Source: Blastocatellia bacterium (GTDB lineage: Bacteria; Acidobacteriota; Blastocatellia; UBA7656). Taken from it: 64,000 nt of DNA. A program made the position numbers and the translations under genes. The notes beneath the pieces were generated by a model. It was not told the DNA's origin, made no database searches, and was given only the letters and a program-made list of their open reading frames with translations. Shown here piece by piece: positions 9,603 to 18,139 of the stretch. Position 1 is the stretch's first letter; each line of letters begins with the position of its first letter. The DNA lies in NCBI GenBank assembly GCA_035293105.1, contig DATDOV010000079.1, positions 101,574 through 165,573 on the forward strand. Direction: 5' to 3'.

Positions 9603-10604
9603 TCACTTTCTCAGGTGCTCGCTGAAGAACCCGCACAGCCGCTCCGCGTACTTTCGCTTCGCCCGACGGAACGCCCTCGCGTGGGCGGCGTCTTCGACCA
9701 ACCAGAGATGCTTCTCGCCGGCGAGCGCGTCGTGGATGTTCTCGGTGTGCGCCGTCGCGATGAGCTGGTCGGCCGTGCCGTGTACCAGATAAACCGGGCA
9801 GGTGATCTGCGCCGCGAGGCGCAGCGGATCGACCGTTCTCATATCGAACTTGCCCCGGTAGTTTGCCACTTGAATCACGGTCCAGAAAACCGGGTTCAAA
9901 ACCGCCTGCGGCAAACCCGTCACCCGGCCTACGAACTCTCGCGCCACGCGCTGCAGCGACGCAAATGGGCTGTCGGCCCACACCGCGCGAACCCTTGAAT
10001 TGTGCGCCGAAACCTGAAGCGCAATCGCCGCTCCCATAGATTCCCCCGCGAGCCCGATCCGATCCGGGTCGACGTTCTTATCCGCGATCAGCCATCCGAT
10101 CGCCGACTCGACGTCGCGCCGCTCATAGAACCCGTAGGTGACGTAGCGCCCTTCGCTGTTGCCGTGACCTCGGCCGTCGAACACCAGCACATTGAAGCCG
10201 GCCCGCCTGAGCACCAATGACGCCCGCAGAACATCCGTGCGGTTCTTCTTCACGCCGTGCAGCACCACGATGGTCGGCGCGGCTTCCGCCACCGCCATCC
10301 ACCAGCCGTACAATCTCGTGCCGTCGAAAGAAGGGAAGACTATCTCTTCAAAGTAAACTCCCATGCGGCGCATCAGCGATTTCAGGTGCGGACTCTTGAG
10401 CTGTGACATCCGCTTCATGCGCGGACGAATCAGCAACCCCGACAACGGATAACTTGCGGCGGCGATCAGCACCGCAAGCGACCCGGCGGCGCCCAGCGCA
10501 ATCCAGCCGGCGCGCCGCAACCACTTCGGCAAGCCATTGCCGACCGGCGCCAACCCGAGGGCCGCCGCTTCTACGAACTCTTCACGAGGTGTGTTCGTCG
10601 GCAT
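9603..10604 (-). CDS. alpha/beta hydrolase
   Basis: N-terminal TM/signal segment. HG oxyanion region (VLHGVKKN). GESMG nucleophile elbow (GxSxG). Confidence 0.75.
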   Translation of the reverse strand: MPTNTPREEFVEAAALGLAPVGNGLPKWLRRAGWIALGAAGSLAVLIAAASYPLSGLLIRPRMKRMSQLKSPHLKSLMRRMGVYFEEIVFPSFDGTRLYGWWMAVAEAAPTIVVLHGVKKNRTDVLRASLVLRRAGFNVLVFDGRGHGNSEGRYVTYGFYERRDVESAIGWLIADKNVDPDRIGLAGESMGAAIALQVSAHNSRVRAVWADSPFASLQRVAREFVGRVTGLPQAVLNPVFWTVIQVANYRGKFDMRTVDPLRLAAQITCPVYLVHGTADQLIATAHTENIHDALAGEKHLWLVEDAAHARAFRRAKRKYAERLCGFFSEHLRK

Positions 10605-10889
10605 TACTCCTCCCTTCGCCGAACGCTTTGATTATATGATACGGCGCAACCCGATGCGCCAGCTTCAAAACTACCCTGGCCCCGTCGTCGCCTAATCTCT
10701 CCTGCTCGGTCGGCCAGGTATTCGATGCAGTTTCGCAGACTCCGGTGGCTGGGCATCAAGTCCAAACTCTCCTCCGCACGCTCGCGCGCCCCGACGCGTT
10801 CTTATCCGCCGCTTCGCCCCTGTGTTAGTATTCTGTCTTCGAGCGAGGCCTCGACAGACCGGGGATGAGAAGATCCAACAGGTAGGCTT

Positions 10890-11570
10890 ATGTTCTGCAA
10901 TCAGTGCGGCGGGGAGATTCCTCACGCCAGCCGTTTCTGCAACCACTGCGGCGCTCGAGTCGCGACCCACGCCGGCGACGTGATAGATCCGGTGGATGAA
11001 ACTGCGTGGCCCGCCCCGCCGCATCCCCGTCACCGCGAGCCCGGCTACTCGCCAAGGCGGCCCCACTACGCCGACATCGACCATCAGATGTCGCGCGACC
11101 TGTCACGCGCCGCCGAGGAAGAGACGATCTTCATTCTGCGGCCGACCATGATCTACGTCGTAGCGTGGTACCTGCTGGCGGCGTTGCTGGTCATCGCGGT
11201 CGCCGCCGTGATGGGCCTGTTGAGCGGCGTCGTAGCGGGCTTGACGGCCTTCTTGACCATCCTGGGCGTCGCGCTGATCGCGTTCGCGGTTCCACTCTAC
11301 AAGCATGTCCTTCGGCGGCGCGAGGTCTACACGCTGACGACTCACAAACTCGAGATGCGATACGGCCTGATCGCCAAGACCGTTCGCAACATCCCCTTGA
11401 ACAAGATTCAGGACGTCACGGTCACCGCGTCGGCCGGGGAACGGCTACTTGGGCTGGGCGACATCGTGATCGACAGCGCGTCGGAGTCGGGCAAGATCTT
11501 CCTGGAAGACATCCACCGGCCCGAACGATACGCCGACATGGTGCTGGCCGAGCTTCGCCGCCGGAACTGA
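10890..11570 (+). CDS. zinc-ribbon + membrane-anchored PH (bPH_2/YdbT-like) domain protein
   Basis: MFCNQCGGEIPHASRFCNHCG zinc ribbon, two TM helices, C-terminal bacterial PH-like region. Confidence 0.55.
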   Translation: MFCNQCGGEIPHASRFCNHCGARVATHAGDVIDPVDETAWPAPPHPRHREPGYSPRRPHYADIDHQMSRDLSRAAEEETIFILRPTMIYVVAWYLLAALLVIAVAAVMGLLSGVVAGLTAFLTILGVALIAFAVPLYKHVLRRREVYTLTTHKLEMRYGLIAKTVRNIPLNKIQDVTVTASAGERLLGLGDIVIDSASESGKIFLEDIHRPERYADMVLAELRRRN

Positions 11571-11598
11571 ACTGCTCCTCAAGGGGTCTAATGCCGAT

Positions 11599-12888
11599 AT
11601 GCGAATCCGAAAGACACTTCTGCGCTTGATCATCGCGTTCCTTCTCGTGGGGACGCCGGCGGGGCTGGCCGCCGCGCAATCAGGCGCTGACGAACGACCA
11701 AAAGTCGCCGGCGAGGTGATCGCCGTGGTGGCCGAACGCCCGCTGCCGGATTATCTGCCTGACAGGCTGGCGGGCGTACAGGCGACCTCTGAAGTCACCG
11801 TCTTCGAGGCCAACGACCTGTCGCGGTTGGTGGCTGGGCGGGTCGCCGCGTTTCGCGAGTATCTTGTCAAAAGGGCGGCCTCGCGAAGCTACGGCGCATA
11901 TCGTATCGACTTGTTCGAAGCCGAAACCGCGTTCGCAGCATTCGGGCTGTTCTCCTACGGCCTGACTGGAAACGCGAGCCGAGTCGGCACCGTTGCCGGA
12001 GCTGTCTGGAACGCCGGCGAGCTCTCATTTAGGCAAGGCAGGTACTTTGTTCGAGTCAGTCAGTCGAGCGGGCGCCCGGGCAAGGAACCCGCGGCGCCGC
12101 AGCTTCGGCTGGCTCGTGAAGTCTCATTAATGGTGCCTCCTGCCAGTCAGACCGAAGCCTTGCCGCCGCTTCTAGCCAGTCTGCCTGCGGGGTACATCCC
12201 GGGCAGCCGGCGGTACTTTCTGGGTCCTGAGGCGCTCGGTTCCCAGGTCGAGCGCGGCGGCGAACTGCTGGGCTTCGCGGGTGACGCCGAAGCGGTGACG
12301 GCGGAATACGCACAAACCGAAGGAGCGACGGGGGGACGGGGAGACGGGGGGACGGGGCGACGCGGAGACGCGGAGAACGACAGGGACGCTTCGCGGTCGC
12401 GCGAGGCCGCGCCGCCGTTGAAGCTCGTGATCGTCGAGTATCACACGCCTCAGTTTGCATTCGACAGCATGGCTCGAGCGAGCGAGTATCTGGAGTCGCT
12501 CAGCGATGACGAGCGCGATCGGATTATCATCAAGCGCCGCGGCAACTACATCGTTGAAGCTACGAACTTCGGCAGTCGCGAGCCGGCCGAACGTCTCGCC
12601 GATTCGGTCGAGTATCCCTACGTCGTGAAGTGGCTGCGCGATCCGCAGTGGCCGGCTGACGACGTGTTCCGCCAGGAAAAGGCGGCGAAGATGCTGTTGT
12701 CGATTTTTGGGATACTCGGTTTGATGGTCCTCGCGGTGCTGGTGATCGGGTCGGCGCTGGGGACGACGATATTCTTCAAGCGGCGCAAGCTCCAGCAAGA
12801 GATATTCTCCGACGCCGGCGGAATGTTGCGGCTGGGGATCAATCAGCTTGAAGCGAAGCTGATCGGGCTGCCACCCAAGAGGGAATAG
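11599..12888 (+). CDS. secreted hypothetical protein with C-terminal membrane anchor
   Basis: Signal peptide LIIAFLLVGTPAGLAAAQS. Gly/Arg/Asp-rich internal tract encoded by a GGAGACGCG-type repeat (12340-12380). C-terminal TM MLLSIFGILGLMVLAVLVIG. Confidence 0.5.
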   Translation: MRIRKTLLRLIIAFLLVGTPAGLAAAQSGADERPKVAGEVIAVVAERPLPDYLPDRLAGVQATSEVTVFEANDLSRLVAGRVAAFREYLVKRAASRSYGAYRIDLFEAETAFAAFGLFSYGLTGNASRVGTVAGAVWNAGELSFRQGRYFVRVSQSSGRPGKEPAAPQLRLAREVSLMVPPASQTEALPPLLASLPAGYIPGSRRYFLGPEALGSQVERGGELLGFAGDAEAVTAEYAQTEGATGGRGDGGTGRRGDAENDRDASRSREAAPPLKLVIVEYHTPQFAFDSMARASEYLESLSDDERDRIIIKRRGNYIVEATNFGSREPAERLADSVEYPYVVKWLRDPQWPADDVFRQEKAAKMLLSIFGILGLMVLAVLVIGSALGTTIFFKRRKLQQEIFSDAGGMLRLGINQLEAKLIGLPPKRE

Positions 12889-12892
12889 TTAT

Positions 12893-13022
12893 TGGTTCGT
12901 GGTCCGTTGTTCGGGGTTCGTGGTTAATGGTTTGTAGTTCGTGGTTAGGCCCAGACCGCGCGGACGTACCAACCACAAACGGACTATAGACCACTAACAA
13001 CGGACCACAAACCACAACCTGC
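12893..13022. repeat. symmetric array of GGTTCGTGG / CCACAAACC short repeats (iteron- or operator-like)
   Basis: Four direct GGTT(C/T)GTGG units, a GC-rich centre, then inverted CCAC(A/N)AACC units. Locally AT-richer. Sits between ORF 11599-12888 and the sigma-54 activator gene. Confidence 0.5.
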
Positions 13023-13025
13023 ATC

Positions 13026-14372
13026 ATGCCCAACTCGGTTCTCATCGTCGATGACGAAGAAGGAATACGCCGGGCGCTGACGGCCGTGCTCGAAGACGAA
13101 GGCATGTCGGCTGAGGCGGTCGGCTCGGGCGAAGACTGCCTCAAAGCGTTCGAGCGCCGCGTCTTCAGTTGCGTGCTGATGGACGTGTGGCTGCCCGGCA
13201 TCGACGGCATCGAAACACTCGAGCGCTTGAAGACGACCTACCCCGAAATCGCCATCATTATGATCAGCGGCCACGGCAACATCGAAACCGCCGTGCGGGC
13301 AACACGACTCGGAGCGCTCGACTTCATCGAAAAGCCGCTCCAGCTCGAGCGCACCGTGGTTGCGGTTCGCAACGCGCTGCGCCAGCGACAGCTCGAAGCC
13401 GACAACCGCCTGCTTCGCGAGCAGCTCGACGACGAGTACGTGATGGTAGGCGACAGCGTCCCGATGCGCGCGCTCCGCCAGCAGATTCAAGTCGCCGCTC
13501 CAACCAACGGGCGCATCCTGATCTACGGCGAATCGGGAACGGGCAAGGAACTCGCCGCGCGCGCCATTCATCGCGAGTCGGGCCGGGCCTCGATGCCCTT
13601 CGTCGAGCTCAACTGCGCCGCGATACCGGAAGAGCTGATCGAATCCGAATTGTTCGGCCACACCAAAGGCGCGTTCACCGGAGCCACCAAAGCCAAACGC
13701 GGCAAGTTCGAACAGGCCGACGGCGGGACCCTTCTGCTGGACGAGGTCGGCGACATGAGTTTGAAGGTGCAGGCTAAGGTGCTGCGTGTCCTGGAGGAGC
13801 AGCGATTCGAGCCGGTCGGCTCCAATTCGCCGATCAAAGTCGACGTTCGGATAATCGCCGCCACCAACAAGCGGTTGGATGACGAGATGGAGCGCGGCAC
13901 CTTTCGCGCCGACCTGTTCTATCGCCTGAACGTGATTCCGTTCGAAGTGCCGCCGCTGCGAGAGCACCGCGAAGACATCCCGCAGCTCATCGACTACTTC
14001 AACCGCCGGTATTCGGCCGCGTATGCCCGGCCGCCGAAAGTTTTCACCGACGACGGCGTCGAAAAGCTGAGCGCCTATGACTGGCCGGGCAACGTGCGCG
14101 AGCTCCGAAACACGATCGAGCGGGTTGTGATAATGCACGGGTCGGAGCGAATCGCGGCCGCCGATTTGCCGCAGCTTGGAACGGCGGACGCGGTGGCGGC
14201 GGCGCCGCGCTACAATTTTACTTCGTACCGCGAAGGGCGCGAGGCTTACGAGCGCGAGTACATCGTCAGCAAGCTCTCCGAGTGCGAAGGCAACATCACC
14301 CGCACCGCGGAAGCGATCGGCATAGACCGCTCATACCTGCACAGGCGGATGAAGGCGCTCGGGATCAAATAG
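13026..14372 (+). CDS. sigma-54-dependent Fis-family response regulator (NtrC-like)
   Basis: Receiver domain (VLIVDDEEGIRR...D), AAA+ sigma-54 interaction domain (GESGTGKELAARAIH, ESELFGH, GAFTGA), C-terminal Fis-type HTH. Confidence 0.9.
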   Translation: MPNSVLIVDDEEGIRRALTAVLEDEGMSAEAVGSGEDCLKAFERRVFSCVLMDVWLPGIDGIETLERLKTTYPEIAIIMISGHGNIETAVRATRLGALDFIEKPLQLERTVVAVRNALRQRQLEADNRLLREQLDDEYVMVGDSVPMRALRQQIQVAAPTNGRILIYGESGTGKELAARAIHRESGRASMPFVELNCAAIPEELIESELFGHTKGAFTGATKAKRGKFEQADGGTLLLDEVGDMSLKVQAKVLRVLEEQRFEPVGSNSPIKVDVRIIAATNKRLDDEMERGTFRADLFYRLNVIPFEVPPLREHREDIPQLIDYFNRRYSAAYARPPKVFTDDGVEKLSAYDWPGNVRELRNTIERVVIMHGSERIAAADLPQLGTADAVAAAPRYNFTSYREGREAYEREYIVSKLSECEGNITRTAEAIGIDRSYLHRRMKALGIK

Positions 14373-14411
14373 TGCGCGTGGCTTTTAGTGGTTCGAATCG
14401 GAGGGTTAACA

Positions 14412-14864
14412 ATGAAGGGACTCGCTGCAGCGTTTGTGTTGATCGTTCTGGCGGCCGGCTCGCAAGTTCACGCCGGGGTCGGCAGCAAAAAGACTATGTA
14501 CGTCGCCGGCTCCATATCCAGCGTGCCCGAGGAAACAGAAGGCGAATCCTCGACGAAGGACGACAAGGTGTTCACATTCGATTACAAGGGCGGCAGGCTG
14601 ACGATTCCTTACGACAAGGTGACGAGTCTCGTCTACGGGCAGACAACCGGCCGGCGAATCATGAGTCCCGTCGTCGTCTTCAACAAGAAGCGAAAGCACT
14701 ACCTGACGATCAACTTCCGGGACGAGAACGGCAAGGAACAGGGCGCCGTGTTTGAACTGGGCAAGGACATTATTCAGACGACGCTCGCCGCCCTCGAGTC
14801 TCGAACCGGGCGCAAGATCGAGTACATCGGCGCCGAGGCTCGCAAGAGCGCCAAGGGGAACTGA
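14412..14864 (+). CDS. small secreted protein
   Basis: GGAGGG RBS 8 nt before ATG. Signal peptide MKGLAAAFVLIVLAAGSQVHA. Confidence 0.5.
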   Translation: MKGLAAAFVLIVLAAGSQVHAGVGSKKTMYVAGSISSVPEETEGESSTKDDKVFTFDYKGGRLTIPYDKVTSLVYGQTTGRRIMSPVVVFNKKRKHYLTINFRDENGKEQGAVFELGKDIIQTTLAALESRTGRKIEYIGAEARKSAKGN

Positions 14865-14919
14865 AAGAGAGTCACTTCGTTGCCACGCACGCATGCATCG
14901 GCAGCCGACGTTCGACTCC

Positions 14920-17796
14920 TCAACCGGAACGGCCGGAAACACCCGGTTCAACCTCCGTCTGTTCGTCACCGGATAAAGCCGCGCGGCGGCGATAACGCTG
15001 ATACAAGAACGACACCGCGAGCAGGATGACTCCCAACACGATCAGGGAAATGACCCGGTAGACCTTCTCCAGCGATGCCAGGTCCAGGATGAACACCTTC
15101 AGGATCGTCACTCCGAGCAGCAGCATGCCCATCACACGCAACAACCCACTTCGTCGCGACAGACCAATCGCCAGCATCGCTCCGCCGTAGAGAGTCCAAA
15201 CCAATGAGAGCGACAGCCGCTGAGCCAGGCCCAAATCGAAACGTCCTTCCGCAAGGCCCGTGGCGGCGTGCATCCTGGCCGCGTAGTAGCCCGTCGCTTC
15301 CGCGCTCAGCGCGATGATCGCCAGCACGTTCGCCACGCACACGATGACGCCGGAGACCCACCGGCGTTCCCATTCATCGACGCGTTCGGCCCGCGTGTAG
15401 AACCACACCGCCGCTGAAAGCGCCCCCACCAGCAGCGCAAACGCGGCGAAGGTCTGGTTCACCAGAGGCCGGTGCCACTCGGCGTCGTAGTATCTGAGGT
15501 CAATCGCAACGACTTTGACCGCCGCAAGCGCGAGCAGCCCCAGCGCCCCCCATCGAAGCGGCGTCACCCCCCGCCTTATGCCGATTATCAACGCCACCGC
15601 GCCGTAGACCGTCCACACCGCGGACAACGCCAGCCACTGCCAGTTATCGAGCACCGACAACTCAAGCGTGTCCCCGCCGCCGGCCAGTGCGAGGCCCCGC
15701 GCACGATTGAAGTAACCAATCGCCTCGCTGCTCAGCGCGATCACCGCCAGCACGTTCGCCGCCCCCGCCATCACGCGAGGCACGACCATTCGCTCGTCCT
15801 CGCCCGCGCCTTCGGCCTTCGAGTACGCGCGCGCGCCAACGGCAAGCGCGATGACGAGCAGACCGAACGCCGCGAAGCTGTCGTTCATAAACAGCGCGTG
15901 CCACGGTGCGTCTGAGTAAGCCAGATCGAGCACCATGACCTTCAGCGTCGCGACCGCGAGAAGAGCCAGGGCGGCCCACCTGAGCGGTGTGATCCGGCGC
16001 CTGATTCCGATCACCAGCGCGCTCGCTCCGTAGATCGTCCAGAGCGCCGAAAAGGTGAACTGTTTCATGTGGCTCAAGCGTTCCAAGCCGGCGGCGCCCC
16101 CAGTCGCATCGTCTGAGGCCGGTTTCATCTGCTCGAAGTAGTCGCCGGCATCCAGGCTCAGTAGCGTCACCGACAGCGCGTTTGCCGCAAGCATGAGCAA
16201 CCCGCCCATCGCCGCGCGATCGCCCTCACTGATTTCCGCGCCCCGGCGTTTGTAGAACGAGGCGGATGCCGCTAGCGACGCGACCAGGACCCCGCACGAC
16301 AAACCTCGGCGGTTCAGAACGGGCAGAAACGTCGCGCCTGTGTTCCACGCGACGTAGGCAAAGTCGCGCACGTCGACGTTGAACCAGTGAATCACGGCGA
16401 TCGCGAATACTCCGAGCGCGGCATAGCGAGAAATCCGGTCCTTGACCTTGAGGCCGATCCAGGTCATCACCGCGCCCTCGACGGCCCACGCCATCGTCAC
16501 CCAGTCCTGGTCGAGCTGGATCGGCACCGCGATCACGACGAACAGAAACGCGAGGCCCATGAAGGTGAGAACCAGCAAGCGGTCTTCGCGGTCGCGCCGC
16601 CACGTGAAGTATCCGAGCCCGAAGTAAAACGCCGACATGAAAATCGCGAACAATCCGAGGCGGCTATGGTGTCCTTCGTCCAGCAATTTGTAGCTGGTCG
16701 CGAAATAGAGCAGCGCGTTTGAGAAGACCAGGATCAGGTCAAGCCACTTCGTCGGCCGCCGGTTTACGACGTTGTAAAGCACCGCCAGCAACGCGAAGAT
16801 CGCGAAGAACAGCGTCAGAAAGACGATGGTCGGCTCCAGCTTTTCCGGCTCGTACCACGCTTCCATCCACCCCGCTACCATCGCCACCGTCGAGCCGAAC
16901 GCCAGGTAGTTGAGGCTTCGCCATTGCTTACCGTATGCGAGCGCCAGAACCCCGGCATCCAGCAGCGCGATGTACCCGAACAGGGCGACTTCGTTGTCCG
17001 TGCCCGTCGACAGCAGTATCGGGGTGAGGAACCCGCCTATAAGTCCCAGAATCGCGATGGGCAATGCGCTGGAGCGCGCCGACAGCAGCGCCGCCGTCGC
17101 CGTCACCAGCGCCATGAACGCGAACGCGACCGGCTGCGCAATCAGTTGATACAGATTGAACGCGGCGTAGATCGACATGTACAAGATCAGGATGCCGCCG
17201 CCCGACAATCCGAACGCGTAGTTGCGATAGCGCGCGCGCAGAAGCTCGCCTCCAATCACGAAGGAGACGCCGATCGCCGCGACCAACAGCACCAGCCCGC
17301 CGTGTCCGATCCACTGATTGTCGTAGGCCAGCTTGAGGAAGAAGGCAACGCCGAAGCAGATCGCTACTACGCCGATCCGGTTGAACCAGCTTCCGCCGAT
17401 GCGGAGCTCGAGGTCGCCTCGGCCTTCCGCGCGAGGCTGCGGCTTGGGAACCTGCTGCCATTCAGCGACGGTCTGGCGCGGCGTGGAGCCGACAGTCTGG
17501 GCGGACTCGCCACGTACGCCCGGCAGAGCCTGTCGTTCGGTAGTCAGCGGAGGCGAGGGCGGCCGCGTCGGGAGTCTCGGAGTTTCTCTGGTGAAGGGCT
17601 GTGGCGGTTCATGCTTCTCAGCGGCCGGCGGTTTATCTGTCGGGTCGGGCAGCCCAGGGGACGGCGGCCTCACGATTCCCATTCGCATCTCGACCTGATA
17701 CAGGCGGGCGACGGCGTCACGAAGCACGGATTCGATGTACTCGAGGCGATCTTTGAGTTCAGTTTGCTGATCGGGCGAGGGCTTGTCCTCAGGCAT
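14920..17796 (-). CDS. DUF2339-like polytopic membrane protein with internal tandem repeats
   Basis: 958 aa. N-terminal coiled-coil/Pro-rich cytoplasmic region then more than 20 TM helices. About 450-bp internal DNA duplication (e.g. ctcagcgcgatgatcgccagcacgttcgcc near 15310 and near 15730). Confidence 0.65.
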   Translation of the reverse strand: MPEDKPSPDQQTELKDRLEYIESVLRDAVARLYQVEMRMGIVRPPSPGLPDPTDKPPAAEKHEPPQPFTRETPRLPTRPPSPPLTTERQALPGVRGESAQTVGSTPRQTVAEWQQVPKPQPRAEGRGDLELRIGGSWFNRIGVVAICFGVAFFLKLAYDNQWIGHGGLVLLVAAIGVSFVIGGELLRARYRNYAFGLSGGGILILYMSIYAAFNLYQLIAQPVAFAFMALVTATAALLSARSSALPIAILGLIGGFLTPILLSTGTDNEVALFGYIALLDAGVLALAYGKQWRSLNYLAFGSTVAMVAGWMEAWYEPEKLEPTIVFLTLFFAIFALLAVLYNVVNRRPTKWLDLILVFSNALLYFATSYKLLDEGHHSRLGLFAIFMSAFYFGLGYFTWRRDREDRLLVLTFMGLAFLFVVIAVPIQLDQDWVTMAWAVEGAVMTWIGLKVKDRISRYAALGVFAIAVIHWFNVDVRDFAYVAWNTGATFLPVLNRRGLSCGVLVASLAASASFYKRRGAEISEGDRAAMGGLLMLAANALSVTLLSLDAGDYFEQMKPASDDATGGAAGLERLSHMKQFTFSALWTIYGASALVIGIRRRITPLRWAALALLAVATLKVMVLDLAYSDAPWHALFMNDSFAAFGLLVIALAVGARAYSKAEGAGEDERMVVPRVMAGAANVLAVIALSSEAIGYFNRARGLALAGGGDTLELSVLDNWQWLALSAVWTVYGAVALIIGIRRGVTPLRWGALGLLALAAVKVVAIDLRYYDAEWHRPLVNQTFAAFALLVGALSAAVWFYTRAERVDEWERRWVSGVIVCVANVLAIIALSAEATGYYAARMHAATGLAEGRFDLGLAQRLSLSLVWTLYGGAMLAIGLSRRSGLLRVMGMLLLGVTILKVFILDLASLEKVYRVISLIVLGVILLAVSFLYQRYRRRAALSGDEQTEVEPGVSGRSG

Positions 17797-18139
17797 TCAG
17801 CCTCCATCCGCTATTGGGCGAGGGAACAATATAATACGGTCGGCGCCCGAACAAGCGGGTTGAATGAGATAACGAGGTGAGAGACGAGGTCTAAGCGCGC
17901 GATGAATCGCGGCTATAGATGAGCAGCGTCCCACATTGGTTGCCGTCTGAAAATACTAGGCGAAAAGATGGCCCAAAAAGATTACCGTTGCCTTGATTGA
18001 CGCCTTCACTTATACTCCACGCATTCTTTGCCTCTCTGTGTTGCCCCTCCAATAGACGAACCCTGACGGGCTCAGCGATTAGCGAAAACCGCAGAAACAA
18101 CAACATGCCCAGGCCCCAGGCTTAAAGGAATGCCGGACC

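Noticed and set aside
10692-11084. 130-aa minus-strand ORF overlapping the start of the PH-domain gene
   Set aside because: No RBS or motifs. Overlaps a better-supported plus-strand gene.
12984-14138. 384-aa minus-strand ORF opposite the sigma-54 activator
   Set aside because: The plus-strand gene has unambiguous NtrC-family motifs. The antisense frame is a high-GC artefact.
14385-14412. tRNA-like TpsiC motif GGTTCGAATC
   Set aside because: No acceptor, D or anticodon stems around it. The sequence is just the RBS region (GGAGGG) of the small secreted protein gene.
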